Shown one piece after another: positions 29,526-38,220 of a stretch of 64,000 nt of DNA. The stretch lies in contig OZ242008.1 of the NCBI GenBank assembly GCA_965204735.1, positions 448,001-512,000 on the forward strand. The letters run 5' to 3'. Both the position numbers and the translations under genes were made by a program. Each line of letters starts with the position of its first letter. Positions within the stretch are counted from its first letter, which is position 1. Below the pieces are notes generated by a model. That model was given only the letters and a program-made list of their open reading frames with translations. It did not search any database and was not told the DNA's origin. Origin of the DNA: Longimicrobiales bacterium. GTDB taxonomy: Bacteria; Gemmatimonadota; Gemmatimonadetes; Longimicrobiales; Gaopeijiaceae.

Positions 29526-31615
29526 CCGTGGCGGGGTCGGGCGCGAGCGGTTGCGGGGCGCAGCGCCGGCGCCTGGACCGCCACCTCTTCGCGTCCAACG
29601 TCTCCGCCTACAACTCGGCGTGGGAGACCTACGGCTGGACCGAGGGGCTGGACCGGGTCCGGGCGGGACGGCTGGAGGAGCGGGTGCCGTGGGGCGCCGA
29701 GCTGGCGGAGTCGGCCGATCCGCCGACGCTCGTTCATGGAGGCGCCCCTGGCCGAGGCGCCGCGTCGCAAGACCCCGCCCTGGGGCCGATAGGACTGCCG
29801 GAAGCCTTCCTGCCGCTGGACGGCCGCCTCGGCTTCTGCCTGTCGGGCATCGTGCGGCCTTCGCACGACGGAGCGCCCGCCCGTCGGCCTCGCATCGCAA
29901 CCCATACGCTCCTCTTCCACGAGTCCCTCTTCCGGGAGATCGACGGCTTTCCGCAGGGTCTCCACCTGGACTTGCCGGCGACCACGGACGGCGCGGAGGC
30001 GAGTTGGTTCGCCCAGCTCCGCCGCTCCGCGCCGGCGGCTCCGGGAGTGCTGGCCGAGCCTCGGTACGCGCCGAATCCGCAGGGGTTCCGCCGCGCCCGG
30101 CTGCAAGAGGTGGCGAGACTGGCGCGGGCCGCAGTCGCCGCGCTTGGAGCCCATCCGGCCCGGGAAGCTCTGGAGGAGGTGTACCGCGCCGTCGGCGGAG
30201 TGCTCGAACCAGCCGGCGACGCAGGGCGGGGGAAGGTCTCCGCCGGAGGTCCCGTCCGGGTGGCAGGAGGACGGCGCGGGGCCTGCCTTCTCATGCGCCT
30301 GGCTTGGCTGTCGCTGCCGCTGGCGGATCGCGCCCGCGTCTTCTACTCGATCCTCGACCTTCGGGGACGGCATCCGACTCCCTGCCTGGTTCCCGGGGCC
30401 GGGGCGCCCGCGTCTGCCCCGGGCACCGCACTGGACCCGCGCACCGCACCGGCCTCCCGCGCCGCACTGGCCGACTCGGGCGGGCCGGACCCCCTGGGCG
30501 CATGGGCCGCGCTGGTTCTCGGGGCGCCGAAGGAGTACGCCCGCGTCGGCGCCAGGATCGACGCGAGGGGCATGTCTCTCTATCGGCGGGAGAGCGAGCC
30601 CTATGTCGTCCACTGGGCGCCGGCGCGGCTCGGGGCGGTCGATCTGCTGGAGCGGGCCCGCCTCGAATCTCGGGGCGCCGGGCGGTGGCGAGGGCTTGGC
30701 CGGCTGGCGGCGGCGGACTTGGGCGCGCGGTCGCCGGACCGACCGGCGGAGTGGGTCGAGGCCGTGCCTCGCGACCCGCTCCTGGCGAACAACCGCCGCT
30801 TTCACGAGGGACTGGTTCGCGGGCTCGGCGGCAGGCTTCCCGTCGCCGGCGAAGCGGGACCGCCCGAAGCGCGGGTCGCGACGGCGCGCTTGGCCGTCTT
30901 GGCAGGCACCCGCGCCCGCCGTCGGGAGGACGACGTACCCGGCGGCCCGACTGTTGACTCGGGCCAGGTCTTGGCGGACACGCGCGCCCGCCGTCGGGAG
31001 GACGACAGACTGGCGCTGCTGGTCAAGGGGATGCGGTCCTTGGCGGAAGCCGGCGCCGACGCCGGCGAGCTCGGGGCCGCCGTCCGAGGAACGCAAGAGC
31101 ACGACGGGGACGAGGCGGTCGGGCTGGCGGGCATCGCCGCCCAGATTCTTGGGTCCCTGGGCCGGGGCACCGACGTCCCGACGATGGTGGCGGCCGCCGG
31201 CCTCCCGGATCCGATCGCCCCCGCCTTGGCCCGGGACTTGGTCGAGGTGTTCCTGGCCGGGTCCAATCGAGCGCGTTCGTCTTGGCAGGCCCTGCTGGAA
31301 AGGGTCTGGACGAGCGCCGCGGCTTCCCGTGCGACAGGCTCGGACCCCTCGGACCCCGGCCATGCGGAGTTGGAAGCGCTTCAGCGGCTGGCGTGGATCG
31401 AACGGCGCAGGTGGGGCTCCACGCCCCTAGTCTCCCTGGCGGCGAAGGGCCGACCCGGAGCCCTCGCCTTGGCGCGCCGTCTCATGGAACACGAACCCGG
31501 GCCGCCGCTCTCCGTGTTCCTGGCGCTGAGGGCGGTCGTGGTGCGCCGCCCGGCTGGGGCCCGCCGTTCCTTGGCACGAGGGCGCTCCTCCCGCAACACG
31601 GCCGGCTCGGCATGA
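29522..31615 (+). CDS. Hypothetical protein with GAP1-N-like (GTPase-associated protein 1) N-terminal domain (gene 3)
   Basis: GTGA overlap. N-terminal RHLFAS..YGWTEGL and HDGAPARRPRIATHTLL resemble the GAP1-N D..GR....H pattern. Directly upstream of a GTPase. Confidence 0.55.
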   Translation: MTVAGSGASGCGAQRRRLDRHLFASNVSAYNSAWETYGWTEGLDRVRAGRLEERVPWGAELAESADPPTLVHGGAPGRGAASQDPALGPIGLPEAFLPLDGRLGFCLSGIVRPSHDGAPARRPRIATHTLLFHESLFREIDGFPQGLHLDLPATTDGAEASWFAQLRRSAPAAPGVLAEPRYAPNPQGFRRARLQEVARLARAAVAALGAHPAREALEEVYRAVGGVLEPAGDAGRGKVSAGGPVRVAGGRRGACLLMRLAWLSLPLADRARVFYSILDLRGRHPTPCLVPGAGAPASAPGTALDPRTAPASRAALADSGGPDPLGAWAALVLGAPKEYARVGARIDARGMSLYRRESEPYVVHWAPARLGAVDLLERARLESRGAGRWRGLGRLAAADLGARSPDRPAEWVEAVPRDPLLANNRRFHEGLVRGLGGRLPVAGEAGPPEARVATARLAVLAGTRARRREDDVPGGPTVDSGQVLADTRARRREDDRLALLVKGMRSLAEAGADAGELGAAVRGTQEHDGDEAVGLAGIAAQILGSLGRGTDVPTMVAAAGLPDPIAPALARDLVEVFLAGSNRARSSWQALLERVWTSAAASRATGSDPSDPGHAELEALQRLAWIERRRWGSTPLVSLAAKGRPGALALARRLMEHEPGPPLSVFLALRAVVVRRPAGARRSLARGRSSRNTAGSA

Positions 31616-32979
31616 GCGAAGAGCGCTCCGAGAGCCAAGTCGCCCGGATTCTGGAGCGGCTTCGGAACGAGGTCATGCGGGAGAGGGCCGGCGACGCGCC
31701 CGCTGCCGAGGTTGCCCCCGCCGCCGAAGACGCGGCGGCCGCGGAAGACGGGCCGGAATCGGCGCATCCGGCGTCGCCAGCCCAGGGGTTCCCGGCTCCG
31801 CCGCCCGATGGTTCGCCGCCTGCGTTTCCGACTCCCGTCGCCCGGACGCCCGACGAGCGGTCGGCGGACGAGCTCCGCCCACGGGCTACCCGCGCCGGTC
31901 GCCGTCGCGGCTCCCCAGGCCTGCACAGCAAGCGGGTGCAGGCGGCGGACCGCTCCGCATCCTCCACCGCCGTCGAGGAGCTCGTGGAGCACCGTCGCCG
32001 GAGGCGGGGCAAGCTCTTCGGCATCGCCGGACTTCCCCGCCACGGCAAGACGACCCTGGCCGACCGCCTGCGGGAGCGCGCCGCCGATCGACCGGGGGCC
32101 GACCTGCGCTACAACAAGACCGAGCGGGGCGACGTCAACATCTACTACCTGCCCGGCAGGCGGGACCACCACGTCCTGGTGGACATGGCGGGCGAGGACT
32201 ACCAAGTGCTGGGGGACTACGAACGGGAGCTGCCCCAACTCATGGAGGCGTTCCTCTGGCCGGTCCTCCAGCGGCTGGACGGATTGGCGCTTCTCATGGC
32301 GCTGCCCGTCGTCTGGTCGGGCTGGAACCGCGGCGACGATCCGCGCCGCCGGGCGCCCTCGTCCGACGAGCAAGAAGAGATGGCCGCGGCCGCGGAACGC
32401 ATGGCGAACGCCCACAAGATGCTGCTGAAGTACGCGGTGGTGGCGCTGAAGTCGAAGGCGGCCCGCCCTCCCACCCGGGACCAGGTGGACGACGCCTTCA
32501 AGCGGGCGCCCAAGTACGACCGACCGGTCGCAGTCGTGCTCTCCAAGGCCGACCTCTACACCGGCCGCGCGCGGGACCGCCTTCACACCCCCGACCTGCC
32601 CCGGCTGGGCCACCGGACGCCCGTCGGGCTGCGGCCGGGCGTGTCGGAGCCCCTGCTGACGGCCGCCGCCCACTTCCCCGACTTCCTGGAGTTCCTGGAG
32701 CGCCGAGTGCGGTGCTTCAAGTGGTCGTTCTGCCAGGCGCTGGAAGACCGAAGCCCCGAACCGGACCCCTTGGACGCGGCGGGCGACGCGGAACCGGGCA
32801 CGAACACTCTGATCGGCGGCGACGGGGTGGTGGACTTCCTGGCCCGCCATCCGTGGCGGGCGCCCGGCCTGTCGTCGGCCATGGCGATCCGGCTGGACCG
32901 GCGCATCAGGCGCGAAGCGTGGAGCCGACTCGGGCAAGAGCGGCGGTCGGCCCCGAATCCCGCCGGGCGCGAGGGCTGA
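31612..32979 (+). CDS. TRAFAC-class GTPase, double-GTPase-like (gene 4)
   Basis: G1 GLPRHGKT (32029), G2 NKT, G3 DMAGE (32182), G4 SKAD (32542). Long disordered N-terminus; ATGA overlap. Confidence 0.82.
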   Translation: MSEERSESQVARILERLRNEVMRERAGDAPAAEVAPAAEDAAAAEDGPESAHPASPAQGFPAPPPDGSPPAFPTPVARTPDERSADELRPRATRAGRRRGSPGLHSKRVQAADRSASSTAVEELVEHRRRRRGKLFGIAGLPRHGKTTLADRLRERAADRPGADLRYNKTERGDVNIYYLPGRRDHHVLVDMAGEDYQVLGDYERELPQLMEAFLWPVLQRLDGLALLMALPVVWSGWNRGDDPRRRAPSSDEQEEMAAAAERMANAHKMLLKYAVVALKSKAARPPTRDQVDDAFKRAPKYDRPVAVVLSKADLYTGRARDRLHTPDLPRLGHRTPVGLRPGVSEPLLTAAAHFPDFLEFLERRVRCFKWSFCQALEDRSPEPDPLDAAGDAEPGTNTLIGGDGVVDFLARHPWRAPGLSSAMAIRLDRRIRREAWSRLGQERRSAPNPAGREG

Positions 32980-32980
32980 G

Positions 32981-35008
32981 GTGGGCTGGGCGACGGTCTT
33001 CGGCGTCGGCGCCCGCCGGGTGGCGCCGGACGGCCCGGCGCGGTGGGTTCTGCTCGGGACGTGCGTCGCCGTGGGCGCGGCCTGCGCTTGGATGGGCCGG
33101 TCGCTGCTCGGGTCGGCGCCGGCCGAGGACACGCTGGCCAGCGCGCACCGGTTCCTGGACCAGCCCCTGCGGCTGGGGCGAGCACTGGACGTGTCGTGGC
33201 GCTTCGCGGTGAGGGACGGCGGCGGGATGGCCGGGCGCGTGGACGACCTGCTCGCTCCGCCCCTGCCTCCCTTCCTGTGCTCGGCGAGGTGGCCCGGCGC
33301 GAGGGCCGACGAGGCCCGCGTGCTCGATCGGACGATCCGCCAAGCCCAGCAAGCCGCAGCGGCCGACAGTCGCGCCGGTCTCGCGAACGCGGTCGAGTCG
33401 CTCGAGAACCAAGTCGCAGCCGCGTCCGCCGCCGCCGAGCCCTTGGCTCTCTACGCCGTTGCGCGGGCAAGGGCCGCCGGCGGGGACTGGTCCGGCGCCG
33501 CCCGCGCGCTCGAGCTGGTCCCCCTCGTGCAGCGCGGAGGCGGGCCGCTGCCGGTGGTGCCTCGCTCCGCCGCCGCACAGGGCGTCGGGTCGGCGGGCGC
33601 GCCGCGCTCCCTGGCGGTTCTGGCCTTCCACGCGCGCTACCTGGCGGGCAGGGCGGCTCACGGCCGAGGCCGTCCGGAAGACGCGATCGGTCACTTCCGC
33701 CGCGCTCTCAACGCGGTCCGCTACGTCCTGGACGGCTCTCGCGGAGCCGGACCTGGAGGGCACTTCCGGCGAATCGAGATGCGGCCCGGGGTCCTCTCCT
33801 GCTCCGGCGCCGCGCAACCCGGCCTCACGTCGCTGGACGCCTACTCCGGGCTGGTGGCGGCCTACTTGGCGGCCCCGGAGTTCCGCGACCCGGAGGGCTT
33901 GGCCGGCGAAGTCGCCCGCCGTCGTCTGGAGATGGACCCGGGCGACCCGCTGGCGCCTCTGGTTCGGTACGCCCAGCAAGCGGCCGCCGACGCTCGGCCA
34001 GCCCAAGGCTCGATCCCCGAGAACGTCCTCTGGGCGGCGTCCAACTTGCAGCGGGTCTACCACTACAACCGACTGCGCCCGGACCCTCGGCTTGCCGCCG
34101 GCAGGGCCGTCCTGACTTGGCAGGTGCTCGACCGCCCGGAATGGACGCGGGCGCTGGAGCTGAACGCGCCGGCGCAGTGCGAGATGCTCGCCGGCGTGGC
34201 CGCCGGAGTGGGACGGGAGGGCGGGACCATCGGCGGTCCGGCGGGCTCGGCGGCAGCCGGCGACAGCGCCTGGGCGGCCGTGGCGGTCCACACCTTCGCC
34301 CGCCTGGAAGAGCGGTGTCCCGAGGGAGCGGACGAACCTGTGGCCGAATCGGTCCGAGAGCGATGGCTGGACAGATCGGGAGGGTTCATTCACGGGGGAG
34401 TGGTGGTCCGCTACGAGGCGCGGCGGCGAGAGCTGGAGGCCGGAGGGAGAGGCGTCGGGCTTTCGGGCGGAGCCGCGACGGGAGCGGGCGAGGTCCTGGA
34501 CGAGGCTCGAAGCCACGTTCGGACGTTCTGCCAGGGCGCGGTGCCGCCGGACCTGAGCGCAGGGATCGATCCCCGCGCGGCGTGCGAGTTCGTGTCGGCG
34601 TGGAGGCGGGCCGTCTTCCACGACGTGGCCGACCAGATGGTCCAGCAGGTGCGCGGCGGCGGCGTCCCCGCGGCCCGGGACGCGGCAGAGTACGTGCGGA
34701 CGGTGGAGGCCGCCGTCGCCCATGCGGGCCTTCGTCCGTCCGATGTGTACGGCGTCGAGGAAGTGGCCCCGCTGCTTCGGTCGCAGGGGGGCGTCCGCGC
34801 CTGGAGCGGAAGGCTGCGCCATGCCGCCCGGAACCGGCCCGCGACCGCCGTGGCGGCGCTGGCGTTGCTGGGCGTCGCCGGGGTCTCGCTGGCTGTGCTG
34901 GCCTTCGTGAGCTGGTGGCGGTTCTTCCTGCTGACGCGAACGGACTTCTACGCCGACGAGGCCGCCGAGCGGAGAGCCCGCGGGCACGCCCGGGAGCTGG
35001 GTCCGTGA
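32981..35008 (+). CDS. Membrane protein with two TM segments flanking a large helical/TPR-like domain (gene 5)
   Basis: N-terminal TM WVLLGTCVAVGAACAW; TPR-like ARYLAGRAAHGRGRPEDAIGHFRRAL; C-terminal TM AVAALALLGVAGVSLAVLAFVSWW. Confidence 0.7.
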   Translation: MGWATVFGVGARRVAPDGPARWVLLGTCVAVGAACAWMGRSLLGSAPAEDTLASAHRFLDQPLRLGRALDVSWRFAVRDGGGMAGRVDDLLAPPLPPFLCSARWPGARADEARVLDRTIRQAQQAAAADSRAGLANAVESLENQVAAASAAAEPLALYAVARARAAGGDWSGAARALELVPLVQRGGGPLPVVPRSAAAQGVGSAGAPRSLAVLAFHARYLAGRAAHGRGRPEDAIGHFRRALNAVRYVLDGSRGAGPGGHFRRIEMRPGVLSCSGAAQPGLTSLDAYSGLVAAYLAAPEFRDPEGLAGEVARRRLEMDPGDPLAPLVRYAQQAAADARPAQGSIPENVLWAASNLQRVYHYNRLRPDPRLAAGRAVLTWQVLDRPEWTRALELNAPAQCEMLAGVAAGVGREGGTIGGPAGSAAAGDSAWAAVAVHTFARLEERCPEGADEPVAESVRERWLDRSGGFIHGGVVVRYEARRRELEAGGRGVGLSGGAATGAGEVLDEARSHVRTFCQGAVPPDLSAGIDPRAACEFVSAWRRAVFHDVADQMVQQVRGGGVPAARDAAEYVRTVEAAVAHAGLRPSDVYGVEEVAPLLRSQGGVRAWSGRLRHAARNRPATAVAALALLGVAGVSLAVLAFVSWWRFFLLTRTDFYADEAAERRARGHARELGP

Positions 35009-38000
35009 CCGTCCTGGTTCTGGGGCTGGCGACGCTCCTCGGCGCGGGCTGGATGGCGCGCCGATCGACGCCCGGCCGCCGCTCGTGTCTTTGGGTCCTC
35101 GCCATCGGCGCCTTGACGGCGGGGCAGACGTGCTGGCAGCGCGACCGCTTGGCGTCGTACCAGGTGAGGCTGCTGGGCCAGCGCTTCCAGCCGGGGAGCG
35201 ATGGCTTGGTCGCCGAGGTGTCGGGCGACAGGGACCGGGCGGACTACTACCTGCCCGGCGCCGGGAACGATCCCGTGGCCGTCCTGCAGCTCGACTCGGC
35301 GGGCGGGGTCGCGGTGCGGGCGCCCGCGCCGACCTCGGCGGCAGCCGTCGCCGTGGTGACTACGCCTCGTCGCTGGAGGGGCGGAGATCGGGTCGTGCTG
35401 GGCTCCGTGCCCGTGGAGCCGGGAGATCGGATTTGGGTCGGCGGCGAGGGCGCGACCGAGGTGTTCACCTTCGCGCGGTCGAGGGTCTCCCTGCTCCAGA
35501 GGGCGAGGATCGGGGGGACGCGGGACCAGCTGGCGCTCGGAAGCGGCGACGCCGGGGACGCGGGGGGTCCAGCGGCGATCGTGCCCTACCCGGAAGGCGC
35601 CGGAGTCCTGGGGCTCCTGCCACGGCGCCCCGGCGTCTACCAACGCACCTATCCGCTGGCCGAGCTGGCGGCCGCAGGAGGATTCGACGGGCTGGGCGTG
35701 GCGGGCCTCCGCTCCTTTCTCTACTACCGCGAAGGCTCGGCTCGCTTGGCGGTCCTGGACGACCTGGTCGAGGTGCTCTCGCCCGACGGGACGGCCAAGA
35801 CGCCGGTCGAGAGCGCTTCCGCATGGCCGGGGAGCGGGCGAACGCCGGTGGTGACCGTGGCGGGCTTGCCGTACCGGGACTTCCCCGACCCGGGGCTCGC
35901 GGCCGGCGAGCGGTACGGGGCGAGGCCGCTCCGCAGCTTCCGCGCCCGAGTGGACGGAGAGTGGATCACGGTGCAGGGCGCGCGGGCGGAAGTGCACTCC
36001 GTCGAGACGGCCGGGCTGCCTCCCGCAACCCTCGCCCCCTCGGCCCTGGCGGGCGGGTCTGGAGGCGGTTCGATGCTTCACTTGGTCCGCCTGGCGGTCG
36101 GAGACGCGCCCGAAGGACCCGCGGGGCTGACCCTCGCATCCCCTGCCAACGTGTTCGCGGCGGCGGGAGAGGCGGTCCTGCGGCTTCCCCAAGCTCCGTC
36201 CGCCGGATGGTTCGAGCTCCTGTCCCCCTCGGGTCAAGCCCGCTGGGAGACCGGACGACCCTTCACCTTGAGCGACGGGGAGAAGGGGTTGCTGCTGCGG
36301 GTCGACGGGCTGGCCGCCTCCTGGTCGTTCCTGCTGCTGCTGACGCTGCTCTTCCTCTTGGCGGCGGCTCCGTTCGCGCTGGTCGAGACCACGGGCGTGG
36401 TGCGGGGCTTGGCCCTGGCCGCCCTGGGAATCGCCGCGCTCCGCGTGCTCCTCTCCCTCTCCGCCATGGCGCGCTACCCCTTCGTGGACGAAGGCCACCA
36501 GATCGGCCTCTGGCTGGTCCCGGCGCTGCCTTGGTTCGTGTGCGCTCTTGGACGCAAGCGCGGCGAGACGTGGGCTGCGGACGGGGCCGGGCTCGCCCCC
36601 GCCGCCCGCGCCCCCGCCATGGCGCCGCCCGGCGCGGGGCGTCGAGACGTTCGGCCTTCAGCCCCGTGGAGCGCGCGGGCCGACCTTGCCGCGGCAGCGC
36701 TCGGCGCGCCGCTGGTCTTCCTGGCGGCCGCCCTCTTCCCGACCACTCCCGCCAAGTCGCTTGTGCTCTCCGCCGCCGTCGTCTGCGCGGCGGTGGTCGC
36801 CCTGCTGCCCATGGAACGCACCTTGCTGGCCTTCGGGCGCAGCGCGGCCCGGCTGCGCCGCCTGGCCAAGGCGCTTCCCGCCCGGCTTCGGAAGACGGCC
36901 GCCAGCTGGCCGGGCGCGGTGGCGGGAGTGGCGATCGTGGCGGGCCGGGTCGTGCTGGACGCGGCGGGGTTCAGGGAGCAGATCGCCTTGGGCGGCACCC
37001 GAATCGGCCTTTCCGTGCTGCACACCCCGGTCGCCCTGATCGCCTTCGCCCTCCTGGCGTCGGCTCACCACCGGCGTGTCGCCCGTGCGGGACGTGGCCG
37101 GGTCGCCGGTGTGGGACGCGCTCGCGTCGCCCCGGCGGAAGACGGCCGCGCCACCCCCACGGAAGACGCCCGCGCCACCCCGACGGAAGACGCTCGCGTC
37201 GCCTCGGCGGAAGACGGCCGCGTCACGGAAGACGGTCTCGCCGCCCTGGCGGAAGACGCCCGCGCCACCCCCACGGAGCGCGCCGGTTGGGGCCGCACCG
37301 CCGGTCGCTCGCTGATCGACCTGTGCGCCTTCCTAGCCTTCGCCTATGTCGGCACAAGCGTGGCGGTCTCCGACTTCGGAGTCGCCTTCACCACCCTGCC
37401 GGGTCCCCTCGTCGTCCTTGCCCTGGTCGGTGCGTGGTGGGCAAGAGCGCGAGCCCAGGGCCGGGCCGACGGCGGCGGCAAGCGCACAGAGAGCATCCGC
37501 GCCGCCCCCGGCAGCTGGTGGCAGGCCAAGGGCGTCGACCGCAGGGCGGCTCTGCTGGCCGCGCTGCCGCTGATCTTGTTCGCGACGCTCCAGGCGGCCC
37601 CCGGCTTGCTCCGTCCCTTCTTGCCCGACACGGAGGGTCCCAGGTCCGGGCTGGAGGAGTGGAGCCGCAACGAGCTCCTGCTGCTGGAGCGGGGCGACCC
37701 CGACGCCCTGCGGCTCATCGGCGAGAGCCGGAGCGAGGCCCTGGCGGTGATGCGCGAGACGATGCGTTCCTACACCCGTGGCAACTGGTTGGGACAGGGG
37801 TTCCTGGAGGGCCGCGTGTCGTCGCAGATACGCACCACGGCGACCCGCGAGCACGTGGTCACCGGGTTGCTGGCCAGTCAGTGGGGAGCGCCTGGGACGC
37901 TCGGCCTTCTGGCCCTCCTGGCTGCGGTCCTTCGCCCGCTGGCGTCGGCGGCTCGTCCCTGGTCGAGCCGCGCCCACTTCGTCTCGGCGACGGCTCTTCT

Positions 38001-38220
38001 GACCTTCTCGACGGCCGGCGTCTACATGGTCTTCGCCAACTACGGCTGGGCCATGTTCACGGGCAAGAACGTCTACCTGCTGGGGCTCGACTCCCTGGGC
38101 GACACCCTTGAAGCCCTGGCCTTGCTGGGAGTGGCGGCGGCCGCGCTGGCCCGGCCGGAATCGGCGGACCGGAGTCCTCCCGGCGCCCCGCTTCTCCCAG
38201 CCCCCGGAGGCTCGGCATGA
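35005..38220 (+). CDS. Divergent SEDS (FtsW/RodA/SpoVE-like) polytopic membrane protein with large N-terminal beta-rich domain (gene 6)
   Basis: Many TM helices with SEDS-like landmarks in order: SDFG, GNWLGQG, TATREHVVTGLLASQWG, FTGKNVYLLGLDS. Adjacent to a PBP; GTGA overlap. Confidence 0.65.
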   Translation: MTVLVLGLATLLGAGWMARRSTPGRRSCLWVLAIGALTAGQTCWQRDRLASYQVRLLGQRFQPGSDGLVAEVSGDRDRADYYLPGAGNDPVAVLQLDSAGGVAVRAPAPTSAAAVAVVTTPRRWRGGDRVVLGSVPVEPGDRIWVGGEGATEVFTFARSRVSLLQRARIGGTRDQLALGSGDAGDAGGPAAIVPYPEGAGVLGLLPRRPGVYQRTYPLAELAAAGGFDGLGVAGLRSFLYYREGSARLAVLDDLVEVLSPDGTAKTPVESASAWPGSGRTPVVTVAGLPYRDFPDPGLAAGERYGARPLRSFRARVDGEWITVQGARAEVHSVETAGLPPATLAPSALAGGSGGGSMLHLVRLAVGDAPEGPAGLTLASPANVFAAAGEAVLRLPQAPSAGWFELLSPSGQARWETGRPFTLSDGEKGLLLRVDGLAASWSFLLLLTLLFLLAAAPFALVETTGVVRGLALAALGIAALRVLLSLSAMARYPFVDEGHQIGLWLVPALPWFVCALGRKRGETWAADGAGLAPAARAPAMAPPGAGRRDVRPSAPWSARADLAAAALGAPLVFLAAALFPTTPAKSLVLSAAVVCAAVVALLPMERTLLAFGRSAARLRRLAKALPARLRKTAASWPGAVAGVAIVAGRVVLDAAGFREQIALGGTRIGLSVLHTPVALIAFALLASAHHRRVARAGRGRVAGVGRARVAPAEDGRATPTEDARATPTEDARVASAEDGRVTEDGLAALAEDARATPTERAGWGRTAGRSLIDLCAFLAFAYVGTSVAVSDFGVAFTTLPGPLVVLALVGAWWARARAQGRADGGGKRTESIRAAPGSWWQAKGVDRRAALLAALPLILFATLQAAPGLLRPFLPDTEGPRSGLEEWSRNELLLLERGDPDALRLIGESRSEALAVMRETMRSYTRGNWLGQGFLEGRVSSQIRTTATREHVVTGLLASQWGAPGTLGLLALLAAVLRPLASAARPWSSRAHFVSATALLTFSTAGVYMVFANYGWAMFTGKNVYLLGLDSLGDTLEALALLGVAAAALARPESADRSPPGAPLLPAPGGSA

